A stretch of DNA of 63,995 bases, counting the filler, from Dugesia japonica (Eukaryota), in the NCBI GenBank assembly GCA_001938525.1. It is 6 parts of 6 records of this genome, joined end to end, with 100 filler letters (N's around TTAATTAATTAA, not from the genome) between each part and the next. Parts side by side here need not be neighbours in the genome. Positions count along the whole stretch, not along the records: positions 9,950 to 23,049 come from MQRL01262468.1; 5 more parts are not named here. One strand, given 5' to 3'. Position 1 is the stretch's first letter. Every line of letters starts with the position of its first letter. Shown here piece after piece: positions 11,584 through 23,149 of the stretch. The position numbers and the translations under genes were made by a program. Below the pieces are notes generated by a model. It saw only the letters and a list, made by a program, of their open reading frames with translations, was not told the DNA's origin and ran no database searches.

Positions 11584-13055
11584 CTAAATAAAATATAAAA
11601 TAATTTTCTTTTATCAAAACTTAGAAATTGGTTGTAAATCGCTCATCAGTAAACGATAAATAAAGTTTTGGAGGTTATGGTTTATTTCTAACAAACAAAA
11701 TATGTAAATTAAAAATAATAATTTTCTATTTAAACTTGAACAAATGTTTAATGAGGGATTGGCTTAGAGATTTGATTTTATCACATGACCAGGGCGTATG
11801 TGGAATTCATCTCCACCGTGTGGTAACAAGGGAAACAGTGGTGTAAATCAATGGGAGCAGCAAGTCAAATAAATTATAACACGATACAATCCATATTTTT
11901 TGTAGAAATCGGCTGGAAGAGCCACAATTATAATTTTTAACTAAATCTTCAGTAACATAACCGAATTTGATATTTGTTTTACGAATTATTATTATTAAAT
12001 TCACAAGAATGAAACAATGGCTCAGACAATCAGGTAGGAGGAAAATGACATTAGTAAAATCCAATTTTAATTAAGGTAAGTTATTAGAGCGAAACCTGTA
12101 CCCATTCTCATATGGGACCAATCTCTCGGGAACTACAGTTTTTGTTCTATGGGTAGAAATCAACCTATGGTTACTATTGTAAAGCTCCTTGAGTCCAATA
12201 ACTATCTTTAGAGAAGATAACCCAATTAGGATGTAAAACTATTAAATTAAAATTCGATTGAGTTTAGAATTTACAAAAATCAACAATAGAAAGTTTAATA
12301 CTCCATTAATAAATAATAAAATTCAATATAATAAACAAATATTCTTTTTGGCTGTAATCATTGCATATGCATCATTTTCATGCATTTTTTTGATGGAACC
12401 AAAAAAATCATTCAATGAAATAAAAAAAACAATGCAGTCAAATAGTTGACAAATGCGGTACAAGATCTTTAAAAAATTTTTAAAGTTTAGTTAGGTTTGA
12501 TTTTTCTCAATTTAAAAGAAGATTTTAAGTGAAAAGTGCAACTGATTAGCTAGAAAGTATAATATTTTCAAATGCATTTCCAATGAGCTATAAATTATTT
12601 ACATTCGACAAGTAGTTAAAAAATTATGAAAAACATATAATATCAACGAAATTTTATTTGAAACCATAAATTTAAATAATTAAAAACGTTAATTTTATTC
12701 AAGGTATTTGAAAAGTTTAGGTCAAAATAAATTTAATGATTAGCTTCTTAAAATTGGATCAAGAAATCAAAATTTTTTTTTTGAAATATTTATTGTTTGA
12801 TAAAATTTCTTTTTTTATTATGTTAGGTAACGCACGACAAGCGAAGGGAGGGCAATTACTATTAATAATAGAAAACATTAATACTCCTTAATAATAATCA
12901 AAAACAACTTTAAGAGGTTCAAAATTTACAAGATCTGAGAACACACTGTATTTCTTCGAAAGCAATACAATTCGAAAATAGGACGATAAGTTTATAATAG
13001 GCTTATTTTCGAAGAATATTTTAAATTAATTAAAAGTTAAAATATTTATTTAAAA

Positions 13056-13430
13056 CTAGTGAATAATCGGCATGTGTTGCAATGTTACTCAAAGAAAGAA
13101 AGTGCTTGTATTTTAATTGTTTATTGAAGTGCTTTTGAATACAAAATATTTTTTTTGTTTTTCTGTCAGTGCGTATACGAATAAATCAGAACGTTTTCCA
13201 ACACGTAAGCAGACCATATACATCTGCCCATGTGTTTTGCTGATGGTCATTGCAAATGCGATCCGCACCAGAAACTACAGAGATTTGAATTCTAATGGCA
13301 TATCTGTCAGAATCATCGGGATGTGGGGCAACAGTACATCTTCTTTAAATTTTACATTTAAAATTGAAGCTTCGATGAAATTGTTCGTTATTTTATCTAC
13401 TGAAAGCCTGGTACCGTTGTAAAGTCGTGG
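13056..13430 (-). mobile_element. Helitron 3' end with PIF1 helicase C-terminal remnant
   Basis: NGTRLSV...IEASIL...LPHIPMILTDMPLEFKSL*FLVRIAFAMTISK..HGQMYMVCLRVG. Terminal ...ttcaCTAG|t ends at 13056. Confidence 0.85.
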
Positions 13431-14084
13431 TGGATTTATGTATGGGAAAAGAAATCTTTGTATACGTGCTCACAACATCTCACTAAACTTTTATCGCAAT
13501 CGGATGAATGGTATAAGAATGCATGAGACAAACATTTATATAAGTAGGTGGAAGTATTCACTCTGCCTTACTTGTGAAATTTATTCTATTACATAATTAA
13601 TGCATACCTAATAAACATGGCATATGACCTAATACATAATCGCCCTAATGGAATTCGAGATTACATAAATCAATACACAATTACTATGTTACATTATTAT
13701 TATCATTGATAACTATAATTATTACCATTGTCATTATTAATCTTATTTTAGAATTATTTACCTTTTCTCTTTTCAACACTTATCAATTAAATTATTACCA
13801 TACAATTACAATATTACTTATTAAATATTTTAATACTACAAATGCATATTTCTTATTATTAGTATCATTCTGGATAAATCTAAGATTTAATATTAATAAA
13901 TCGTAATTTATTATTAACATATATATACTCTATAATAAAAAATAACAAATATGTAACACCATTTATTTCAACATTTAAACACAAAATCACAAGAAATTGT
14001 CAAATAATCATCGTCTTCCTCTTCTTTTTCTTTGACAATCAAAAGTCATTAAAACATAGCGATCAAATACTTATTATTTAATTA

Positions 14085-14620
14085 TTAATTGTATAATGAC
14101 CACATGCCATACCAGTATTTCTTTCGCTCCAAAAGCGCTTATTCATACTCTCTATTGTATAAACCTGATGGTTTATTGATTGGAAGCATAACTTTGTAAA
14201 AGTTTGTTTGGTTTTTATTTTTCCGTCTCCATCTTAGTTGTACGCATTTAAATAATTTTGATGATTAATATCTGTTTGTTTTAAATTGATCCCTTTTGAT
14301 TTCATTGTCATATTAGCTCTGCTTTCTTCATTTTGGCCTGAGGAATACCCATTCAGTATAATCTTCACCTTCACATTCATCTTGAAACAATCAAATTATG
14401 TTGGCCACACTGTTGGAATAGAGTGGATGATCTTTTGGGTAATTGCTTGTATCCAAGAGACCATCCGATTTCATGTGAGACAAAAATTAGTTTTTATCTA
14501 CTCTGGTACATGATAAGGAAAAACTACCCGTATATCCAGCAATAATATCAATTTTGCATTATACATTCGCAATTTACTCAAATCTAGAACCACCTGGTCA
14601 GAATAACTCATTTTCTATTT
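14085..14620 (-). pseudogene. Second Maverick/Polinton-type pPolB C-terminal remnant
   Basis: LDTSNYPKDHPLYSN...FKDECEGEDYTEWVFLRPK...KSKGINLKQTDINHQNY...SINHQVYTI...CGHY, with frameshifts. Confidence 0.8.
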
Positions 14621-14739
14621 GTGCTTGCGTTGGACACAATCCTTTAGTCGGGTCAACTGTTTGCAATAGGAGTCTACTATAATTCTTTTGTCAGGTACTA
14701 GCAGTTCATAGTAGGTAATTTCATATATAACCCATCAAA

Positions 14740-15445
14740 CACGAAGCAATATATTTTTCTCGCGGATGTTCGATTTCTGAGTTGATTTCAAAGTTTGGCT
14801 GGGTGAAAACCATTGCTTTTCTCATTTAGACTTATCGTACTGGACTCATTTCTCATCACCAGTGACAATCCGATTAAGAAAAAGATATTTTTCGAGTTAT
14901 TTTATTCATTTCAGCCATAGATGACTCACGCATTTCCTTTCAAGGACTTTTTTCCACTTGTTTTTAGATGATCAAATTTTGTAGATTTAGGTGCATTTAA
15001 TTTTTCTACGATATCATCCAAGGTCATCCAATGGTCTTCCTTCACCAAATCGCAAAGAACGTGATCGTCTAAGTCCAATAACCGTCCTGATCTTGGCTCA
15101 TATTCCAGTTCAAAGTTTCTTAATCTAAACTTCACAAACCATCTTCTTACCTTACTTTTATCCAATGCTGCTTCGTAAACGCTATTAATTTTAAGCGTGG
15201 CCTTTGCTCCTGATTTATTCTACTTAAATTCATAGAACATGCAATTGTGCAAATGTTGTACTGGTTCTTCGAAGATTGCTATATTTTAATAGGTCAAGAC
15301 ATTTTATTCATATTTCACACAAACAAACGTGTAAAAAAAAGATTAATTTCGTAACGATTGATTCATAATTGATTATTAAATTATTGCACTTAAATTTTTT
15401 AATTTATTAAACAAAAACGGACATTACTTTTCGGACGACATAATA
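14740..15445 (-). mobile_element. mariner element, 5' half (TIR, HTH and first catalytic D)
   Basis: TIR tattatgtcgtccgaaaagtaatgtccg ends at 15445. Motifs VRRWFVKFRLRNFELEYEPRSGR and FLNRIVTGDEK. Confidence 0.85.
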
Positions 15446-17002
15446 ATTCCCACCCTTTCCATTTTTTAAAATATTTTCTTCAATTTTATTCTGTCTGCTT
15501 TGGTTAATAACTATTGAACCCCAATTTAATTTGTCTTTATGTTTTGTTAATGCAGTTACTCCCAAATCCCATTTATGTTTCATAAAAATTTAATCATATT
15601 CTTGAATTAATTTTTAACAGTTTTATTATGACTCTAAATTTTTTGAAATATAATTCCAAATTATTTTTTATTCTATATTTATAAATTTAACAATACAAAA
15701 AATGAGTTGATCTTTAATTTAATTANTATATTTTCAAAAACATTATACTTTAAATTTTTAATAAAAATATTTCAAAATTCTAAACAAATTTTTATTACAA
15801 ATTTTATATATTTTTAAAAGTAATTCAACAAACTTATTTACTCCAATTTTTCCATATATATATTAAAAATTTTAAAAATTGACGTTAAATTCTCAAAAAA
15901 TTTAAACCCTGTACTTATCCTCATCTTACATGGTCTACTATTTATTTGATTATGATTATCAAATTATAAAATTTTATCTAAATCAGTGATTCGCAAAATT
16001 TTTTGCTTCGCGGCACCCCTAGTATATAAATTTTTTTCACGCGCCCAAAATCAAAATATCTGTCTATTATATGTAAGTTTTTAATTTATGGACTCATTAT
16101 ATCTTTCCAAATTATTAATTCTTCGTTACTTCCCTGAGCTCCACTGGGATAAGCCTCACAAAACTTATCAACCGTTTCATTGATGACTCCTTATCAAATT
16201 ATCCCGTCCTTGATATGCCTTTAATACTAAAGAAAAACAATCTCAAGTCGGTATGAGCACGACAGTCCATTATTATTATTTATATAATTTTTGCAAAGTA
16301 TAGCAGCTACACAATAAAAATTTTTTTATAGTTTATAGTTAGTTGTCACAAAAGATCGCAGACTTAAGTCAATGGATTTTGATTTTTATCCTTTGAATTT
16401 GCTACTTTTATAGAAGGTGCCTAATATATATTGTTAAATTTTAAATCATATTAGTATCATACAGAATACAATTACAATAATTCGAAATAAAATTATAATT
16501 TTGTTTTTCATTCATAAATTTGTAATCATTAGACCAAACACAGTTAAACTACCAACAATATCAATAGGAATCATTAACTAACCCATATTTATAGTTAGGA
16601 TCATTCTCCTCAAAATTGGAACTTTGGTTTTTAAAGTTTGATCATCATCTATTTCTTCTTTTCATTTCGAAAGCTTCCAATATCCGGACTCATTTATGTT
16701 GTTTACTTTCTTTGATATTTCTTGTTGATTCCAAAAGATGTTCTTATCATCCATATATCTTCTATCCTGAAATCATCAGTTACTTCAACAATGTCCTAGT
16801 CTGTTCTATAAATTGCATTAGAGTTTTTGACAAAAAATCCTAATATGCCATTAATTTTTTAGAACCAGAATGTTTTGTTAAAAACTCTGAATTTATTATT
16901 AAATTTAGAATTAACATTGATAAACTTTTGATTGTTCATCACAAAGAGCCTAAAATTAAATTAATTAATAAATCGAATAATTACTTAATTAATCTTTGGG
17001 TT

Positions 17003-17704
17003 TAGAGAGGTCAGTAAGAAGTATTCATTGCTCGACTACTGGGCTTTTTGACTGAGCTTCGAGTACTTGACTATTCGAACTTTTCCGAGTAACTAGTCGA
17101 GTATTAAATTTTAAGTTTGAATGAATCAATTTTTCGCCAATATAAAATATACAATAAACCCAAGATGTTTTTTTATTAACTGAACGTAACCAACAAGATA
17201 TTTAACACAAATTAAAACACGATAGTGAACTATTCCAACAAATTAGAATTTCGAATTTTTAATATATTATGTTAAAATTAATTGATTTAGTCGAAAGTCA
17301 AAACACTATCATTGAATTTATGTTGCTTACCAGTTATCAAATGTTAAAGTTTCACTTATTTAAAAAGATTTTCAATTCTGCTTCCGATTTATTTCTTTTT
17401 TCTATTTAACCTTTCAGATCAGTGACAACTTTGATTTATATTAATCAGTACTAAAACCGTCTTCCTTTTTGAATAAGAAATTAATTCCAATTTGAAATTA
17501 GTTTCATTTAGTTTCTTCAATGTTTATGTTTTTTTTCTAAAATGACATGACTATTCTTTCCAAAATATTTTGATCATAAACAGAAAATTCAGTCTCTGAA
17601 AATTATTCGAAATTCAAAAAGGGTAGTACTAGCGAGGTCAGTTTGAGTTACTCGACCATATTTATTTTTGAGTGCTCCATTATTCAAGAAATTTGACCTT
17701 TCTA
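17003..17704. mobile_element. Non-autonomous hAT element
   Basis: TIRs TAGAGAGGTCA and TGACCTTTCTA (10/11 match). 8-bp TSD tttgggtt / tttggatt (7/8 match). Subterminal gagta/tactcga motifs. Confidence 0.75.
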
Positions 17705-17789
17705 TTTGGATTCTAATTTTCAGTTTATTATTAANAAACGAAAAATATCACTATAAATAATAAAAATAAATCTAACTTAAAAAGTTATA

Positions 17790-18560
17790 CACCTATCCCC
17801 CGATTTACATGGCACTTTATTTACACGGTTTTCAATATGGTGTTTAAAAAGAAAAAATTTCGGCATTCATTTTTTAACGCGGTCTCCATACAGAATTTCA
17901 TTTTTTTGTTTTTCTATTCGGAATTTTTTCAAATTTCATATTTACTGAGATTAAGTACTTAACGCCCAGTTCCTGCTGTAAAAAAATGGCCAGATATAGT
18001 TGAAGGTCAGAATTCTAAATTACTTTTGAAGCATGAATATTCTCAGATAACAGAGATGGCGCATAAAATGGGAGGAGAAGGTTTCGAGGATTTTTCTAAA
18101 ACATATTTTAGAACTAATAGCGGCCAAAGAACTAGATAAGGATAATTTAGTTGACATTGTTAATGAAACAAATGATTGTGACAGTGATCATGATTAAAAG
18201 GAGTCTAAACCAGTTGCGTTCACAGCAAAATTCATCCGTGAAAGACTTGAATTAGGACGAAGGTTGGGTAATCATTTTCTACAGCATTACCCGATTGAGA
18301 TCTCCTATTTCAGCAAAATATTAATAAACACTTTACTCAATTTTAGGTCTATAAAGATCTGACCAAAAACAAACACAATTGTTAATTACGAAATTTTCGT
18401 ACAAGGTTCGACGATCTGAATTTGTTTCTAATTGAACTTGAATCTATTTCTAACATTGAACTTGAATCGCATCAAGTACTATCGAGTGATGCAAGTGACA
18501 TCATACCAATCAGGAAGAAAAGATTAATAGTCTACGAAAGTGATATCAGTAAATAAATTT
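17790..18560 (+). mobile_element. Internally deleted pogo/Tigger (TIGD1-like) element
   Basis: TA|cacctatcccccgatttac terminus. C-terminal motifs KK.WPDIV and MAHKMGGEGFEDF. Confidence 0.7.
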
Positions 18561-19120
18561 TCGGTTAAATTTTTTAATTTTTATTTCTTGTAAAATGAAT
18601 TACATAAATATACCTTTATGTTTGGCTGAACAGCCTCGAGTAAAAAGTGAAAAACTGAGAACGAAACAAATAATCGAGTAATAATAAATTAAATAAATGA
18701 AAGGAAAGAAAATAATTAGAAATAAAAGAAATATTAATTGATGAAATAAAAAGGAAATTATTATTAAATAAAACGAAAATGAATGATGATTAAAATCAAA
18801 GAGCAAAAAAATAGCGAGCAAAATCCAGTATAAAATGGTAAAAAGAAAATAAATATTAAGTACTTAAGAAAATTAGGAATTGATTATTATTAAAAGAATT
18901 AAATATAATTAAAGAAGAGTTAATAATTGAAATTAAACAAAATGCTCAAAGAAGAAAATGAATAAGAATTAATAATTAAAACATATATAGTGCTCAAAAA
19001 ATAATAATTAATTAATCAAAGAAATGCCCAAATTGAATATCAGAAAAAGAATTGAACAACTAAAGATGCTCATGAAATAAAAAGATTAAATAAATAAGAA
19101 AATAATATGGAGTTAATCGA

Positions 19121-19228
19121 ATTTATTGTGTTTATATATTGAATAATTGAAAAGCGAGATCATTCACTCTTCGTTCGAATATACGGCAGCAATTAAGCGC
19201 TAATGCTCAGTGAAAAGTGAATGACATC
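19121..19228 (+). repeat. 108-bp copy of 20361-20468 inserted between a ~45-bp duplication
   Basis: Near-identical to 20361-20468. Flanks 19078-19122 and 19229-19271 are duplicated. Confidence 0.9.
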
Positions 19229-19899
19229 TAAAAAAAGATTAAATAAGAAAATAATATGGAGTTAATCGAATAAATTATAAAGAAAGAAATAATAAAAGTG
19301 GAAAACGATAAATAAAGTTAAAGCCGAAAGTGAAAATCAAATCATAAAAATGACACATTATTTATAATTTATATAAATGTATTAAAAGTAGAAATATAAT
19401 AAAACAATGATTATAATAATGTAGAATTTAAGCAAATAATTATTGAAAAAGGGTTTACGAAATATAATAAGAAAGGGAAAATAGGAAATAAATGTTTAAC
19501 ATTATAATTTTAAAAAACCAAATTATTAGCAGAATCTGACTAAGAAAATTATATTATTACTATAATTTTAATAAAAGTATTAAAATGTAAATTATTATTA
19601 TTTTGAGATAAATATTATTAAAGTTATTATTATTGCATACATATTATTAATTATACAGAAATAAGTAGAATCAAGAAATAAAAGTTATATGCAAAGAAAG
19701 TGTATGAAAAATTAGATTATATTTACTTATTTATATTAAATTATTTATAAAGATACTTGTATATATCCCTATCTATAGAATGTTGCAAAGTTTCTAAAAT
19801 TATTATTTTCGACGATAAATATAATTTATTTTCAAATTGATTCTTTCCTGTTGGGTGACCTGAAGTTTTCAAGTAGAAACACAGCTGTATTATCTACAA

Positions 19900-20260
19900 A
19901 TATACAAGCACCGCACAATATTCACAAAATGTGAAATCTGCGCATCAGGTGAACTTCGGGTGATGCCGAAAGAGATAAAAATTACTATATGAGCAGGTGA
20001 ACACCGTGCACAAATAACATCGAAGCAAATGTGATGCCGAGTAAGCATCGGTAAATTCACAGAAAGTACAAAGAAAACTACCAAAATAAATTCATATCCA
20101 AATTTAGACTTTTCTGTAGAATCTGCGGGTAAGCACCACACGATTCACTGCACTTACAGAAAAGTTGATGTGGCCTCCCAATGTAGCTGTCAAATTTTGA
20201 CGATACAGGAAGGTATAAAAGACAGCCGAAAAATCATAAATTTATTCTCTTGAAAATCTT
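19900..20260 (+). promoter_or_regulatory. Conserved non-coding block with TATA box, upstream of ORF-A copy 2
   Basis: Colinear nucleotide similarity to 41060-41333(-), including tgatgccgagt, acgattca and caaattt(t)gacgatacag...ggTATAAAAgac (TATA at 20214). Confidence 0.6.
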
Positions 20261-21343
20261 TAAAATGTTTTGTAGCTCTTATTAGTCGATTGAACCGAAC
20301 TTTTAAGCAGCATTTATTATTAAACTATCATTCAAAAGGAAAAGGAAAGAAGTAAAATTTATTTATTGTGTTTATATATTGAATAATCTAAATGCGAGAT
20401 CATCCACTCTTCATTCGAGTATACGGCAGCAATTAAGCGCTAATGCTCAGTGAAAAGTGAATGACATCATGAAATAAAAACGCGACCACAAATTGTGTGA
20501 AAAGTCGATAATAAAATTATTGCGATTATGCGATGAAATAAATATGATCTAAAGTGGAACGGAGTTAAATATTGGTTGAAACAGAAATGATATGATGAAA
20601 TAAATCTGATATAAATATTAGATGTTGAGACGAAAAGAGTAGAAAAGTTGCTGATTATAACATTATTGTAAATGAAGGAGATTGGCGAAGGAGAAAAGCA
20701 ATTGAGACTGAATTACAAAAGGTAATGAGTACGAGAAGTGGTTGGTTGAATCTTCTCCACTGAAATTCATGGTTGTATTGTTGAGATGAGATATAGTTGT
20801 GTCATTTCGATAAAAATAACAATTCGATTTAATTCACTTCTTGATTCTAACTGATTAAACTATGAATTTTGTTATTATAATCTTTTATATTTTGTTTGTC
20901 CATAATTATTACATTAGTACTATTCCATATATGATTAATTTATAGTTGATAATTAATAAAATTATTTCAATTATAATTGTTATATTTAATAATATCTATT
21001 AACTGTTTATTCGATAGAGAAAAGTGCCATTGTGATATGAAATGGCGGGAGGATCATTCATGACAGCGAACAAATCTAGAATATCTTGAAATGACAATAA
21101 AAGGAAATTAACGATCACGCTCTGTTCTATCAAACTGTTAAATTGAAAATAAAGTCATGCGCTCTCGATTCGGTGGCGTGTAATGAATGCTCAGGTATCT
21201 GCTTAAAAATGAACTAACCTTATAGTAAGAATGATTTAATCAATGTAAAATTTTTATAAAGATCATTATGCTCGAATTAATTATCGATTTTGAAAACCTT
21301 ATTTTACTAATTTGATGATCATGATTAAAATCATGTTATGCAG

Positions 21344-21877
21344 ATGTCACGCCCGATCAAGCTAAGAAAAGTCAAAAAGAGTATGAATGACGACGGTTGG
21401 AAATTACGGAGAAATGCACCAAATGTCATGCCGAATCTATGGGACTCACTAGAGCTAAAAAGTATTCATACTGAGCCCTGGTGGGTTATTCAAGATAAGT
21501 GTAAATAAAAGGATGATTATATACGAACATTGGAGAAAAGGATGTCTCGACAAGAACGGCAACATGCCGAGAAATTGGAAAGACTTGATGACTTGCAGAC
21601 ACGCATCAATAATCAGGAACAACGATACAATCAACAGCTGACAACTCTTGTAGCAACGCAAGAGAAACGCGAAAAGGAATTAATAAGGTTGCTCATCCGG
21701 ACTGTGGAAGTCTCAAGGCAACAACAGCATTTAATAAAGACAATGAGAGTCGCTTAACTCGAAGCCCAGGAATACACGAAATTGACTGAAAAGTTATCCG
21801 CAAAGATCGAGACAGCGCTCGAACAGATGCTCATTCCTCTGGATGATGATATTATTACTATCGAAATGACAGTGTGA
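21344..21877 (+). pseudogene. Unknown coiled-coil gene ORF-A, copy 2 (two in-frame stops)
   Basis: MSRPIKLRKVKKSMNDDG...MPNLWDSL...EPWWVIQD...EKELIRLLIRTVE...KIETALEQMLIPLDDD. Preceded by a possible GTAAG (21226)...CAG intron. Confidence 0.8.
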
Positions 21878-22069
21878 TTGTGTAAATTCGACAATATAAT
21901 ATTTATCTTAGCAGTTTTGTTCCTAATAAAATTAAGTTGCTAAAATTAAGATGCTAAAATTAAAAAAAAAGTTTTGAAATAAATTTTGAATTCCTTATCA
22001 TTGCGATAATTAGATTAAGTATTCAAATGTTCTAGCAATCGATTAATTATCTAATTTTGATTCAGTGTC

Positions 22070-22400
22070 TAGTGAAAGGAAAATCAAGGCCAAAATCTTC
22101 CTGGGGGATTTATGTAAGTGGTGCTCAATGCAAAAGAAATTCCAAAATGAGATAATGGAGCTCCAGCGTAATAAAACACTGCTTCGAGAGAAGAACACCA
22201 AATTGAGAGAGCGAGATCTAGCCCTTTCGTAGACATGTCAAATGATGGCTGAGATCAACAAGTGCTATGCAGATCGAGAGTGTGCTCATCGCAACGATAC
22301 GTACTCTAACTCAGGCATATAAAATGAACAATAAAGCGGAGAAGAAAGATATAAAGGAGGTAATCGACCTGGACGGATGACGAATTATTTATTCGAATGA
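22070..22400 (+). pseudogene. Unknown gene ORF-B, first of two copies
   Basis: SMQKKFQNEIMELQRNKTLLREKNTKLRERDLALS*TCQMMAEINKCYAD is homologous to 39880-40130(-). Confidence 0.75.
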
Positions 22401-23149
22401 AGTTTTATCATGAAATGTCTTCCGAGTTTTATATCCATGATAATTAAGGGAAAGTGATGAGATTAGAAAGTACAAGAGTAACTTTAGACGATTAAATCAA
22501 AATTTAAATCACAAGATGGGATAACTCATAGTCCCCCATGGACTCGGAGTAGATAATCCAACACGTGTAGTGTTGCTAAATTTTTGCCGGCTTCGGGGTA
22601 TCTGCCCTTAGAAGATATCAAGATGAATTTAACAACGAGGACAAAAGAAGAATCAAGAGATAGGAAGGGAACAATATTAAAACAACAAAACCTCGAAGCC
22701 CAATATTTATATTTTTGTCATTTTATAAATAGACCGTTATTTTTGTGTTTTTAAAGATATATTTAGTTTTATTTAACGTTGAAATAAATGTTTGAATTAT
22801 AGATCAATAGATATTTAACTATATTTTATTAGAAAATTTGTAAATCAATTTTTATTGTATGTACAATCAAATTTGTAATTTATTTTGAAAGAATCCTTTT
22901 TCTAAACAGTAATTATATTTATTTACGATATATTTTATTCATAAAGTTCTTTTCATTTATAAATGAATAATATAATAAAACTAATTTTTAAATAACGTTT
23001 ACAAAAGAAGAACATATCATTGACGAAGTGCATATTCTTCACAATCGAANNNNNNNNNNNNNNNNNNNNNNNNNNNNNNNNNNNNNNNNNNNNTTAATTA
23101 ATTAANNNNNNNNNNNNNNNNNNNNNNNNNNNNNNNNNNNNNNNNNNNN

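Noticed and set aside
21344-21877. Stop-codon reassignment to explain in-frame stops in ORF-A, ORF-B and the TEs
   Set aside because: The stops are of all three types and at different positions among copies. Host genes (TMED2, annexin, EGF protein) read normally and end in standard stops.
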